From the human T2T-CHM13v2.0 reference genome, Homo sapiens: a DNA stretch of 64,000 nucleotides. Each line of letters begins with the position of its first letter. Position 1 is the stretch's first letter. Both the position numbers and the translations under genes were made by a program. The DNA lies in the NCBI RefSeq assembly GCF_009914755.1, contig NC_060929.1. One strand, given 5' to 3'. A model generated the notes under the pieces. The model made no database searches. It saw nothing but the letters and a program-made list of their open reading frames with translations, and was not told the origin of the DNA. This document shows positions 29,197 to 45,171 of the stretch, one piece after another.

Positions 29197-31768
29197 GATC
29201 CCTTCACCCAGTTAGTGAACATAGTGCCCAATACGTAGTTTTTCAACCCACATTCCCCTCCCTCCCCCCACCCAGTAGTCCACAGTGACTATTGTTCCCA
29301 TGTTTATGTCCATGTGTGCTCAATGTTTAGCTCCAACTTATAAGTGAGAACATATGGTATTTGGTTTTCTGTTCCTGCATTAATTTGCTTAGGAATATTG
29401 TCTCCAGCTGCATCAGTGTTGCTGCAAAGGACATGATTTCATTCTTTGTTGTGGCTGCATAATACTCCATGGTGTATACTTACCACATTTTGTTTATTCA
29501 ATCCAGTTGATGGGTACCTAGGCTGATTCCATTTCTTTGCTATTGTGAACAGTGCTGCAATGAACATGTGAGTGCATGTGTCTTTTTGGTAGAATGATTT
29601 ATTTTCCTTTGGATATATACCCAGGAATGGGATTGCTGGATCAAATGGTAGCTATTTTAAGTTGTTTGAGATATCTCCAAACTGTTTTCCACAGTGGCAG
29701 AACTAATTTACATTCCCACCAGCAGTGTATAGGCATTCCCTTTTCTCTGCAGCCTCACCAGCATGTTTGTTATTTTTTGACTTTTTAATAATAGCCACTT
29801 TGACTAGTGTGAGGTGTATCTCACTGTGGTTTTGATTTGCATTTCTCTGGTGACTAGTGATGTTGAACTTTTTTTAATATGTTTATCGGCCCCATGTATG
29901 TCTTCTTTTGAGAAGTGTCAGTTCGTATCCTCTGCCCATTTTAAAAATGGGGATTATCTGTTCTTTTGCTTGATTGATGTAAGTTCCTTATAGATTCTGG
30001 AGATTAGACCTTTGTCATATGCATAGTTTGCAGATATTTTCTTCCATCCTGTAGATTGTCTGTTTACTCTGTTGATAGTTTCTTTTGCCATGCAGAAGCT
30101 GTTAAGTTCAATTAGGTCCCACTTGTCAATTTTTGTTTTTGTTGCAATTGCTTTTGAGGACTCAGCCAAAAATTATTTGCCAAGAAAAATGTCAAGAAGG
30201 GTATTTCCTAGATTTTCTGCTAGGATTCTTATAGTTTGAGGTCTTACATTTAAATCTTTAATTCATCTTGAGTAAATTTTTAAATATGATGAAAGGTAGG
30301 GATCCAGTTTTATCCTTCTGCATATGGCTAGCCAGCTGTCCCTGCACCATTGATCGAATACGGATTCCCTTCCCCATTGCTTATTTTTGTCAGCTTTGTT
30401 GAAGATCAGATGGTTATAGGTTTATGGCTTCCTTTCTGAGTTTTCTGTTCTGATCTGTTGATCTATGTGCCTTTTTTTTTTTTTTTTGTACCAGAACCAT
30501 GCTGTTTTGGTTACTGTAGCTTTATAGTATAGTATTTGAAGTTTGGGTAGTGTGATGCTTCGAGCTTTGTTCTTTTTGCTTAGGATTGCTTTGGCTATTT
30601 GGGTTCTTTTTTTTTTTTTTGGTTCTATATGAATTTTAGAATAGTTTTCTAGTTCTGCAAAAAATGACATTGGTAGTTTGGTAGAAATGGTGTTGAATAT
30701 GTAGATTGCTTTGGGCAGTATGGTCATTTTAATGATATTAATTCTTCCAATCCATGAACATAAAATATTTTTTCACTTATTTATGTCATCTCTGATTTCT
30801 TTCAGTGTTATTCTGTAGTTCTCCTTGTAGAGAGCTTTCACCTCCTTGGTTAGCTGTATTCCTAGGTATCATATTCTTTTTGTGGCTATCATAAGTGGGA
30901 TTGTGTTCTTGATTTGACTCTCAGCTTGACCATTATTGGTGTATAGAAATGCTACTGATTTTTCTATATTGATTTCGTATCTGGAAACTACTAAAGTCGT
31001 TTATCAGTTCTAGGAGACTTTTAGCGGAATCTTTAGGGTTTTCTAGATATAGTATAATATCATCTGTGAATAGAGATAGTTTGATTTCCCCTCTTCCTAT
31101 TTGGGTGCCTTTTATTTCTTTCTCTTGCCTGATTGCCCTGGCTAGGACTGCCAGTACTATATTGAATAGGAGTGGAGACAGTGGGCATTCTTGTCTTGTT
31201 TCAGTTCTCAAGGGGAATGCTCCCAGCTTTTGCCCATTCAGTATGATATTGGCTTCGGGTTTGTAGTAGATGGCTCTTATTATTTTGAGGTATGTTCCTT
31301 CGATGCTTAGTCTGTTGAGGGCTTTTATCGTGAAGGGATGTTGGATTTTTATCGAAAGCTTTTTATGCATCTCTTCAGATGATTATATGGTTTTTAATTC
31401 TGTTTATGTGGTGAATCACATTTATTGATTTGCATATGTTTAGTCAATCTTGCATTCCAGGAATGCAGCCTACTCGATCATGGTGAATTAACTTTTTGAT
31501 GTGCTGCTGGATACAGTTTGCTAGTATTTTGTTAAGAATTTTTGCATCTATGTTCACTAGGAATATTGGCCTGAAGTTTTCTTTTTTGGTTATGTCTCTG
31601 CCTGATATTAGGCTGATGCTCGCTTTATAGAGTTAGTTAGGGAGGAGCCTCTCCTCCTTGATTTTTTTTGGGAACAGTTTCAGTTGGATCGGTACCAGTT
31701 TTTCTTGTATGTCTGGTAGAATTTGGCTGTGAATCCTTCCAGTCCAGGGCATTTTTTTGGTTGGTAGG

Positions 31769-32186
31769 TGATATGGTTTGGATGTTTGTCCCCTCCAAAT
31801 CTCCTGCTGAAATGTCTTTCCCAGTGTTGGAGGTGGAGCCTGGTGGGAGGTGATTGGATCATGGGGACGGATCCCTCCTGAATGGCTTAGCACCATCCCC
31901 TTGGTGATGAGTGAGTTCTCATTCAGTTCACGTGAGATCTGGTTGTTTAAATGTCTGGGACCTCCTTCTGCTTATTCCCTCACTCTTGCTCTCACCATGT
32001 GACATGCCTGCTGCCCCTTTGCCTTCCGTCATGATTGTAAGTTTCCTGAGGCCCTTGCCAGAAGCAGATGCTGGCACTATACTTCCTGAATTGCCTGCAG
32101 AACCATGAACCAATTAAACCCCTTTTCTTTATAAATTACCCGGTCTTAGGTATTTCTTCATAGCAATGTGAAAACAGACTGACACA
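31769..32186 (+). mobile_element. MST (MSTB-like) solo LTR
   Basis: tgatatggtttggatgtttgtcccctccaaatctc...cagactgacaca. 5-bp TSD gtagg at 31764-31768 and 32187-32191. Confidence 0.93.
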
Positions 32187-33124
32187 GTAGGTTTTTTAAA
32201 TTACTGATTTAATTTCAGAACTTGATATTTGTCTGTTCAGGGCTTCAATCTCCTCTTGATTCAATCTCAGGAGATTCTGTGTTTCCAGGATTTTATCCAT
32301 TTCCTCTGGAGTTTTTAATTCATGTGCATAGAGTTGTTTAGAGTAGTCTCTGGGGATCTTTTGTATTTCTGTGGGAACAATTGTAACGTCAGCTTTGTCC
32401 TTTCTGATCATACTTACTTGGGTCTTTTCTTTCTTTGTTAATCTAGCTAGCGGTTTACCAATCTTATTGTTTCAGAAAACCAACTCTTGGTTTCATTGAT
32501 CTTTTGTGTGGATTTTTGTGTCTTAATTATATTTAATTTTTCTGAACAAGAGTGTTTTTGCAGACATATGTTTTTATTCTTTTGAGTAATAGAGTAGAAT
32601 TTTGTGTCGTAGATAGATATATATTTGCTGTTTTTAAGGACATTGTCAGTTTTCCAAAATGGTTTCACTATTTTACAATTCTACCTGCAGTACATGAGAA
32701 TGTTGTTTGCTGCTCTTCCATGATAATATCAATGTGTAAAATGAAAAAGACTAACAACACCCAGCACTGGAGAGGAAGAAAAGCTGACACAACTGGTTAT
32801 TATTGATATGGGTAAAAATGAATTTTGACCCTATCATCAATTTCAAATTCATTTTCCTTCCATATCAATATTCAATTGTTCATCACTATTTTAAAAACTG
32901 TCTAGCATTATTTGTTTAAAATAATGCTTTCTTCTATCAGTTGAATAGTTTTGGCTCTTTTGCCAAAAATCAGACAGGTGTGAGTCTATTTTTGGATTAT
33001 CTATTCTATTCCAATGATATATTTGATTATCTTTATGCCAACATTATGCTGTATTAATTACTGTAGTTTTATAAGTCTTAAAATGAGGTATGTTAGTTCT
33101 TCAAATTTGTACCTGAATTTGCAT

Positions 33125-36100
33125 TTTTATTATATATATTTAAGATGTGCCACGTGACGTTTTGATGTACATAGTGAAATGGTTATTTTAGTCAAGAAAA
33201 TTAACATATCTGTCATTTCACATGAGATCATGCAGTATTTTCCTGCATGAAAAATAAGTGAGATCTTCAGTATTTTTCTGTATCTGTGTTATTTCACGTA
33301 GCACAATATCCTCCAGGTTCACCCATGTTATGACAAATAGCAGAATCTTTTTTTTTAAGACTGTTCCATTTTACATATACACCACAATTTCTCTATCCAT
33401 TCTTCTGTCGATGCACATTTAGGTTGTTTCTCAAGTCTTTGCTATTGTGAATAATGCTGCAGTGAACATGGGAGTGCAGGTACCTTTACAAAGTGGGGAT
33501 TTCATTTGTTTTGGGTATATATCCAAAAGAGGGATTGCTGGGTTATATGGCAGTTCTATTTTTAATTTCTTTAGGAATCTCCGTACTGTTTCCCAGAATA
33601 GCTGCACCAATCTACATTCCTACCATCAGTGGACAAGGGTTCCCTTTTTTCCACACTCTTGCCAACACTTATCATTTATCTTTTTAGTAATAGCCATTCT
33701 AACAGGTATAAGGTGATATCTTATGGTGGCTTTGATCTGCATTTCCCTGATCATAAGTGATGTTGAGCACCTTTTCATATATCTTTTTACCATTTTTATG
33801 TTTTCTTTGGAGAAATGTGTATTCGAGTCATTTGCTTATTTTTAAATTGGGTCATTTTTCTGCTATTGAGTTGTGTGAGTTCTTTATATATTTTGGATAT
33901 TAGCCCTTTATTAGGTATACAGTTTGAAAATATTTTCTCCTAATATGTAGGCTGCTTTTTCATTTTTTACATCATTTCCTATGCTGTACAGAAGTTTTTA
34001 ATTTGCTATAGTCACACTTATTTATTTGGTTTTGAAGGCTGAGATTTTGGTCTGACATCTCAAAAAATAATGGCCAAGATCAAGGAGTTTTCCCCTATGT
34101 TTTCTTCTAGGAGTTTTTTGGTTTTAGATCTCCTCTTTAGGTCATTTATCCAGTTTGAGTTAATTTTTGTGTATGATGTAAGGTAAGGGTCCAATGTAAC
34201 TTTTTTTGCATGTAGATATTCAGTTTTCCCAGCACCATTTATCAAAGAGACTTCAATAAATAAATAATTCTCTTTCTATTGTGTCTTCTTGGTGTCCATG
34301 TCAAAAATTAGTTGAATGCATATGTTCGGATTTATTTCTGTACTCTGTTCCATTGGTCTATATGTCCATTTTTATGCGGATACCATACTGTTTTGATGAT
34401 TAGCATTATAATATAATTTGAAATCAGGAAGTGTGATGCTTCCAACTTTGTTTTTGTTTTGCAAAATTGCTTTGGCTATTTGGGGTCTTTTGTGCTTCCC
34501 TATGAATTTTAGAATTTTTTTTTATTTCTGTAAATAATGCCATTGGAATTTTGGCAGGAGTTGCATTGCATCTGTATATTGCTTTGCATGGTATAGGAAT
34601 TTTTCTAATATTCTTCCAATCCATGAACATACACTATCTTTCCACTTATTTGTGTATTCTTCAGTTTCTTTTATCAGTTTTAGAATTTTTAGTGTACACT
34701 TCTTTTACCTCCTTAGTTAAATTTATTCCTTTTTGATGCTATCATACATGGTATTTTTCTTGATTTCTTTTTTGGATAGATTATTATTGGTATACAGAAA
34801 TGCAATTAATTTTTGTGTGTTAATTTTGTGTCCTGCAATTTTACGGAATTTGTTACTTCTAACAGTTGTTTTATGGAATCTTTGGAGTTGTCTACATAAA
34901 GGATCCTGACATCTGCAAATAGGGTTAATTTTACCCCTTTCTTTCCAATTTGTGTGCCTTTTATTTCTTTTTCTTGTCCGATTGCTCTTGCTAGTACTTC
35001 CAGTACTATGTTGAGTGGGTGTGGCAATAGTAGGTATTCTTTTTCAATACTGATTTTTAGAGTAAAACTTTTCAGTTTTTCCTTATGATTATGATATTAG
35101 CTGTGGGCTTTTCAGAAATGGCCTTTACTGTGTTGAGAAAATTTCCTTCTCTACCTAAATTGTTGAGAGTTTTTATCAATAAAGGATGTCAGACTTCGTC
35201 AAGTGCTTTTTCTGCATCAATTGACATGATTATGTGGGTTTTTTAATCTTTCATTTTCTTAATGCAGTGCATCACATTGGTTGATTTATATACTTTGATA
35301 ATGATATATAATCTTTTTGACATGTTCAATTTGCTTTACTAGTATTTTATTGAGGATTTTTACATATATGTTCATCAGAGATATTGGCCTATAGTTTTCT
35401 TTTCTTACGGTGTCTTTGTCTGGCTTTCATATCAGTGTGATACTGGCCTCATAAAATATGTTCAGAAGCATTCCCTCTAGTTCTGTGTTTTGGAAAACTT
35501 TAAGAAATTTTGATAGGATTCAGCCATGAAGCCATCTGGCTCTAGACTTCCTTTATTGGGAGGTTTCTAATTACTACATCGATCTCTTTATTTATTATTG
35601 TTTGGTTCAGGCTTTCTATTTCTTCCTGATTATTGATCTTTAGTAGGCTGTATTTGGAATTTATTCATAAATCTATCCTCTAGGTTATCCAATTTGTTGG
35701 CATATAATTGTTCATAATAGTCTGTTATGATCCTTTTTATTTCTGGGGTATCCATTATAATGTCTCCATTTTTATTTCTAATTTTGTTTATTTATTTGAA
35801 TCTTCTCTCTTTTTTTCTTAATCTAGCTAAAGGTTTGTTGATTTTGCTTATTTTCTTCAAAAAAAATTCTTAGTTTTGTTGATTTATTTCTATAGTTTTT
35901 CTATTCTCTATTTCTGTTCTGATTTTAAAATTTTTCTTTCTTCTTACTTTAGGTTTAGTTTGTTCTTCTGTTTCTAATTCCTTGAGGCACGTAATGTTAG
36001 GCTATTTATGTGAGATCTTTCTTCTTTTTTGATGTAGGTGTTTATTGCTATAAAGTTCCTTCTTAGAACTGCCTTCGCTGCATCTCATAGGTTTTGGTAC

Positions 36101-36430
36101 ATTGTGTTTCCTTGTCATTTGTTTCAATATATTTTTAAATTTCCCTTTTGATTTCCTTTTTGACACATTGATTGTTTAGGAGTGTGTTGTTTAATTTCAA
36201 CATTTTTGTGAGTTTTCTAAGATTCCTCCTGTCATTGAGTTCTAGTTTCATACCATTGTGGTCAGAAAAAATACCTGATATGATTTCAGTCATCTTAAGT
36301 TTGTTGAGACTTATTTTGTGTCCTAACATATAATTTATCCTGGAAAATGTTCCACATGTATTTTAAAAGAATGCATATTATGCTGCTGTTGAATGGAGTA
36401 CTCTGCATAGGTCTGTTTGGCCCAGTTGGT
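33125..36430 (-). mobile_element. L1MA (L1MA8/9-like) truncated LINE-1
   Basis: L1MA-type 3' end. ORF2 peptides in ORFs 34806-35027 (LNIVLEVLARAIGQEKEIKG...LFAD) and 36135-36329 (EN C-terminal SDHN). Confidence 0.85.
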
Positions 36431-37209
36431 ATCCAAATTTCTTTTGTGTGAAGACTGTTTTGGCTAATCTAGGTCCTTTGAACTTCCAAATAACTTTTTT
36501 GAATCAGTTCGTCAGTTTCTACAAGCGAGCTTGCTAGTATTTTGATTGGGATTGATGGTGTTAATTCTCTAGATCAATTAGAAGAGAATGAACACCATAG
36601 CTATGTTGAGTCTTCCAATCCATTAATATGGTATAGCTCCCCACTTATTTAAAGCTTCTTTAATTTCTCTCATAATATGCTGTAATTTTCAGTGTAGAGG
36701 TCTTGCACATCTTCTATTAAATTTATTCCTAAGTATTTTGTGTTTATGATGTTATTGAAAATAGTATTGTGCTTTTCCCCAATTTTTCATTGTGGTTAAA
36801 TATACATAATAAAGTATTCTGTTTTAAGCATCATTTATTGTTTGGTACTAGAATATGACAATATAATTGATTTTTGTATTTTGATTTTTATTCTTGACTT
36901 TGTGAAATTCTCTTTTTTCTAGTAGTGTGGATTTTTTTGGTATATTCTTTACAATTTACCCTGTAAACAATCATATCCTCAGGAGAGAGGCAGTTTTATT
37001 TCTTTCTTATCTTTATGCCTCATTTATTTATTTAGTTTTGGTTTGTTTATCTAGTTTTATTGCACTGAAAATAATCCTCCAGTATAATGTTAAATGGAAT
37101 TAGTGAGACTGCGTATCCTTTTCTTGTTCTCTATCTTAGGGAGGAAAGCTTTCAATTTTTCACCATTAAATATATTAGTACTATTAGTTGTAGTTTTTCA
37201 TGAGCCCTT

Positions 37210-37765
37210 TGTCAGAGGCAGTCTCTAAGATAGTCCCCAAAGATACCACCTCCTTGAGTGGTACAACTTCCTTGAGTGTAGGCTGGACTTGTTGACTTGC
37301 CTCAATTAATAGAATACAGCAGAAGTGATTGGCTATCACTTTAATGTTTAGGTTATGAAAAGACTGTGGCTTCCATCTTGGGGCTCACCCTCTCTTGCTA
37401 GCTTGCTGTGAGAGAAACCAACTCGGCCATGTCGTGAGCTGCCTATGGAGAGGCCCACAGGGCAAATAACTGAGGGAGGCTTCTAGCCAACAGGAAAGAA
37501 CGAAAGAACGGAGGTCCTCAGCCCAACAGCCTGTGAGGAACTGACTCCTGCCAACAGCCATGTGAGAAACTGACTCCTGCCGACAGCCATGTGAATGAAG
37601 TTGGAAATGTATCCCTTGCCATTTAAATCTTCAGAAGAGACTGGTTGTAGCCCAGGCTAACAGTCTGACGACAGTCTTGTGAGATACTGGAGCCTGAGGT
37701 ACCTAGTTAAGCCACACTCAGATTCCTGACCCTGGAAATTGTGAAATTATAAATTTTTGTTGTTC
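37210..37765 (+). mobile_element. MLT1F-like MaLR LTR
   Basis: ggcagtctctaagatagtcccc...ccttgagtgtaggctggac...gagaggcccacagggcaa...agattcctgacc. Confidence 0.8.
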
Positions 37766-38011
37766 CTTTTCTTTCCTTGTTTGCTGAGAATTGTCATCTT
37801 CAACTGGCACTGAATTTTGTCAGTTTGTGTCCATTGAGATGATTATATATATTTTTATCCTTTATTCTGTTAATGTGGTAAATTATATTTATTTTCAAAT
37901 AAGCAACATATGGCCATTTTATCCTTTTTATATATTGTTGGGTTCAATTTGCTAACATTCTCTTAAGGGTTTTTGCATCTGTGTTTAAGACAGATATTGG
38001 TGTGTGGTTTT

Positions 38012-40080
<2,069 letters not shown>

Positions 40081-40194
40081 TTTTATTTTTTGTTTTTGTA
40101 TTAGGATAATGCTGGTTTCAAAAAATGAGCTGAAAATTGTTTCTTCTTTCCCCATTTTCTGAAATACTAGGGTAGGATTGGTAGTCTTTCTTTC

Positions 40195-40385
40195 CTTAAA
40201 AGAAATATTGAGATATAATTCACATACCATAAAATCCATCATTTTAAAGTTAATGTACAAATCAGTGGTTCCTAGTATATTTATAGGATTATACAACCAT
40301 CACTATTATCTAATTCCAGTATGTTTTAATGACTCCAGAAAAAAATCCCGTACTCATTAGCAGTCACTCCCCATTCTTCCCTTTT
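40195..40385 (-). mobile_element. Short L1MB-type 3' end
   Basis: attgagatataattcacataccataaaatccatcattttaaag...cattagcagtcactccccattc. Confidence 0.8.
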
Positions 40386-41849
40386 CTAAGGGAAGAATTC
40401 TCCAGTAAAGCCATCTGGGCCGGAAATGTTAGGAATAGTTTAAGTTATGAATTTGATGTTTTTTAAAGGATATGAACAACTATATACCAAAAGTCAGTTT
40501 TACTGTATATGAATTTAAAACATAAAATTAGAAAAGATACAGGCCTTTCAGATTTGTATCTTTCTTTTTGAGTAAGTTCTGGTAATTAGTATCTTTTAAG
40601 GAACTTTTGTATTTCTTTTTAATTGCCAAAATTGTTGGTACAAAGTTGTTTGCAATAGTCCCTTATTATTTTTAATGCCTGTGAACATTTTTATTTTTAA
40701 TTATTGTGGGTACGTAGTAGGTGCACATAGTAGGTGAATATTTTAATGTCTATCTTCTGTTATTTCTGGTATTAATTTGTGTCTTTTTTTCTTTAAGAGT
40801 CTAGTCTAATTCTGATTTCTAAAAGATTATCCACTTTTAGTTTCATTGGTTTTCCTCTATTGTTTATTCATTTTCCAGTCCATTGATCTCTGCAGTTGTT
40901 TTCCTCCTTTTAATTATTTTGAATTTACTTTGCTCTTATTTTTCTGGCTTCCTAAGGTAAAGTCTCAATCTTTATTTTAGATCATTTGTCTTTCCTTATG
41001 TAAGTATTTAAAATTACAAATATCCCTTTAAGCATGATGTTAGTACTCTTACACAAATTTAGATATGATGCACTTTTCATTGGGGTTAAAAATATTTTCT
41101 CATTTTGTTGTATTTTGAAATACTGCCATTTAGTTTATTCATATTTAGAATTACAGTTTTTAATGAATTAACCCCTTTATCATTATGAAATTGCCTTTTT
41201 ATCTGATATTATTGCTTTTTTAAAATCTGCTTTGTCTCAGTAATAAAGTCACTTCAGATTTCTCATGATTCAGGTTTGCCTGGTATATCTTTTATGTATT
41301 TTAATGCATTTTTACTTTAATATATCTATGTCTTATTTTAAAGTAGGTTTCTTATAGAGAATATATAGTTTTGATGGGTTTTTTCCCCCTATACTGAGAG
41401 CCTCTGCCTTTTATTGGGCTGTTTGGAATTACATCTAATGTAATTATCAATATAATTGGATTGGGTTTAAGTCTACCATCTTGCTGTTTCTTTTTCTATT
41501 TGTTTTTACTGTCTTTGTTAAAAGTATCTTTCTGCCTTTTGGGAATAATTGAATTTTTTATGATTTATTTCCATTCATGGTTTATTAGGTGCATCTTCAC
41601 TTCATTTTAGTTTTTAGTTTTTAGTGGTTGCTTTAAGTTTTAAGATATGCATCTTTAATTTTATACACTTCATTTATAATGTAAGAACTATACAACAGTA
41701 CAGTTCCATTTACTCCATTCTATTCCTTGTGCTATTTTTAAATTATGTTTTACTTATATATATGTCATTATCTCATATATATTCGTGTGTGTGTGTATGA
41801 GAGAGGGTGCATTAAAGAGCCAAATCCCTCTTAAAGGAAGTTCTAGGCC

Positions 41850-43900
41850 TTTTAATTTTGTAATAACTTAGACTTACAGGAAAGTTGTAAAATTAGCATG
41901 GAAGAGTTCCTTCACTGAGTTTCACTTAATATTAAGTAACATCTTGTATAACCATAGTATAATTATTAAAATTAAGAAGTTAACATTGATACAGTACCAC
42001 TAACTCAATGACAGACCTTATTCAGGTTTCCGCAGTGTTTCTAGTATGTCCTTTTTCTGTTCCAGGAGCCAATTCGGGTTCCCACATTGTGCTTTGTTGT
42101 CATGTCTCCTTAGTCTCCACTAATCTATGATAGTTCCTTATCTTTACTGTTTTTCATGATCTTGACAGCTTGAAGAGTTATTTTGTAGACTGTCTCTCAA
42201 GCTGGAACTAATGTTTCCTCATGACTAGACCGACATTTGTGCATTTTAGGCCAAGATCCTCCAGAAGTGATGGGCCTTTTCAGTTTATCCTATGGCGAGG
42301 GGCACATAGTGTCATTAAGTCTTAATACTGTGGTGGTGTTGACATGGATCACCTAGTTCAGGTGGTGGTGGCCAGGACCCTCCACTGGAGGTTACTACTT
42401 TCCCTTTGTAATCCATAAATACTTTGAAAGATATTTTGAGGTGATGCAAATATCTCATGTCTGCTCAAAGTTTCTCTCACTAGTTTAAACATACATCATG
42501 TATCTTGTTTGCAACAGTTACTATAGTTTTCTAACGGTGATCTTCTCTTTCCCTATTCCTTCTGCTTATATTAATTGCAGTTTTTCTTGTAAAGAAGAGC
42601 TATCCCTTCTCCCTTATTTACTTATATCAGTATTGACCCATGTCTATTTATTTTATTCTGTAGGTTATTCTATTTTGCGTTTTGTTGTTCCAAGTGTTTC
42701 AGCTTTGGCCAGTGGGAATTCTTCAGTGCTGGTTCCCATGCCCTGCATGCATGTCCTCATTCTGTTTTGAGCACTTCTTTACTTTCTGGCACCATGAGAT
42801 GCTCCAGGTTCCTTCTGTATTTTCTCTGTTCCAGCCCTGGAATAAAACACTGAATCAAGAAGCCCTGATTTTGTTGTTGTTATTGTTTTAAATTAGAGAA
42901 TGGTATTTAGAAACTAAGATCTGGGCAGTAGATGTCCCGTTGCTACTGGGATGTCATTGCTTCTAGGTTTTATCAGTGCACAGAACTTGGAAATATGTGT
43001 GTATATTAACGCTTGCATATGTTCATTTCTGTTTGTTTTTACCTGAGAATATATTTTAAAAATTGTTAGTTAATATCGATGACTCTAATTTTACTACCAC
43101 AGTGTTCATTCTAGCCTTCTGCATTTGCTTATTTGTAATTGCTTTCTCAGAGTATGAGAAACCTAGGGTTTATTATTTCCAGTTACATCTATTTATTTGT
43201 TCAACTCTAGCACATAGAATGTTGTTTCAAAATCGCTAACTCATACTCTGTATGAGTTGCTTACATGTTATGTGACTCTCATAGTTCATAACTGAGAAAC
43301 TAAGTTCACAGACTACAATGTAGTATTTGAGTACAGTTCTTCTCTTTAGCTTTACAATATATTAATACAGTTGGCTAACAATGAATTGCATTGATTTTCA
43401 GATACTGATTCAGCCTTGCATTCCTAGGATAAATCCCACTCAGTTGTTATTTTTTTAAAATGTATTGCTGGATTTGACTTGTTAGTGTTGTTTTGAGGAT
43501 TTTTGTGTCTGTGTTCAGGAGAAATATTGGTTTATAGTTTCTTTTCTTGTAATGTGCTTCTCTGGTTTGGGTATTAGAATTACGCTAGCCTCATGAAAAA
43601 AGGTAAAAGTCTTCCATGCTTTTCTATGTTCTGGATGAGATTTGTGCAATTGGTATTATTTCTTCCTTAAATATTAGGTTGAAATGACCAGTGAAGCCAT
43701 CTGGGCCTGGAGTTTTATTTATTGGAATGTTTCAAACTATCTGTAACAGACAAAGGACCTACTTTTTCTTGGGTGAGTGTCTTTCAAGGAATCAGTTCAT
43801 TTTATTTAAATTGTCTAACTTACAGATACAGAGCTGTTTGTAGTATTTATTAATTATTAATGTGTAAAGTCTATAGTTTACTCTCTTTTTTAATATTAGT
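41850..43900 (-). mobile_element. L1MC/L1MD-type 3' region plus ORF2 fragment
   Basis: ataacttagacttacaggaaagttgtaaaa 3' end; ttctggcaccatgagatgctccagg; tagaaactaagatctgggcagtagatgt; RT-region antisense at 43370-43900. Confidence 0.7.
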
Positions 43901-43904
43901 GTTT

Positions 43905-44070
43905 TGCATGGAGCATTTGCTAGGCACTAAGCACTTTACATGCATGTCTCATTGAATAACTGAGCAGGACCAAGATTTCTATTTAATTTTATTGCAGAGA
44001 AGACTGAGGTCCAGGCAATTAGTGACGGGGGTGGGTCTAGAACCCAGGCTCAGTCCAGGGTTCTCTCCAC
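43905..44070 (-). mobile_element. MIR SINE
   Basis: aggcactaagcactttacatgcat...agaagactgagg...ctagaacccaggct. Confidence 0.65.
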
Positions 44071-44340
44071 TGTCTCCTCAGAATCTGCCCTGTGGACATT
44101 CAGGTGCCTGTTAGGGGTGTGAGCCCAGCCACCTCCCAGAGGCCTCCTAGTTCCCTCCAGGGACCTGCTAAGCCTTGTCCCCTCCTCCTTACCCCCACCT
44201 CCCTCCATCTCAGGCACAGGCAGATTCACAGCAAAGGTCTCTGTGACACACACATTTCCTGGGTGGTGACCTTGCCCCCAGTCTGGGAGTACAGGGTGTG
44301 GATTAATGTATCTGTCACTCCCACTGGTTACCACCCAGGG

Positions 44341-44441
44341 AGGTGTTATGATGGGCATTTTGACATGACTGATTCAGGGATGCCATTTAGAAGCAGGACA
44401 TGTTGACTTGGCTGTTTTGACACTGGGACATTTTGACATCT
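44341..44441. repeat. Degenerate ~15-bp tandem array (CATTTTGAC core)
   Basis: Cores at 44356, 44384, 44399, 44413 and 44429, spaced about 15 or 28 bp. Confidence 0.55.
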
Positions 44442-45171
44442 AAAGAAAAACATTTACAAATATATTAAAATTTCAGCTTACAAGGCTTGTTTCATTACTG
44501 AATGATGGAAACAATAGATATCCTTGACTCCACCCCCACCCCTGAATAGGAAGCTGTAAGAGTGGGAGAGGCCCTGGGTTCAGGTAGGGGTGAGGAGGAT
44601 GTGATGAAACTTCTTAAAATTGTATTTCTTGGTGATAGGCAGACATTAGGACTTGGCCGATTTATTTTTGGATGTTTTATCTAAAAGTCCTATATCTTAC
44701 GAGAGACGCCTCTTCACTGCAGGCCTCCTTACTATCCAAGGGAATCCAGAGGTCAAGCCTGGGGTGCAGGCGCTGGTGGGGCCCAAGGCTGGGATGGCCT
44801 ATGACCCAGCAGAGAGAAGCACCCCAGGCCACAATGGCACCTGCTTCATTCCTCTTGCTGTTCCCCCTCCTGCCCCAGTCTCATGAACTTTCCCACAAGA
44901 GACCTTCTTGGCATCAGGAGTGGTATGGGAACATGAACCCCATGCTCTTTCTTAAAGCTGTTGCTTTGGTTTTCATTGCTCAGCTTCGGCTTTCTTCAGT
45001 GAATGTGTTACATTAGTAAAAGCAGGAGCTCAGACTTGGAGGCTGTCTCAGAGCCCAGCTTTATTAACAGGAGATGCTATCTACTGAACACATGAGTTTT
45101 CAAGTCAGGTAGGCAAGGGCATAGCCTGGCCTCTACCACTTACTGATCAAGTTAGCTTTTTTGAACCATGG

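Larger units (their letters stand above)
28741..32542 (-). mobile_element. L1PA15/16-like 5'-truncated LINE-1
   Basis: 3' end gggggtacatgtgcaggtttgttatataggtatattgtgtgatgct. RT fragment ORF 30933-31370 ([15 protein letters not shown]...[15 protein letters not shown]). TSD tgaacaaga at 28732-28740 and 32543-32551. Confidence 0.9.

Noticed and set aside
30933-31370. 145-aa reverse-transcriptase-like ORF
   Set aside because: It is a fragment of a dead L1PA ORF2 (FADD motif changed to FTDD), with neighbouring frames broken by stops and LTR insertions; it is not a functional gene.
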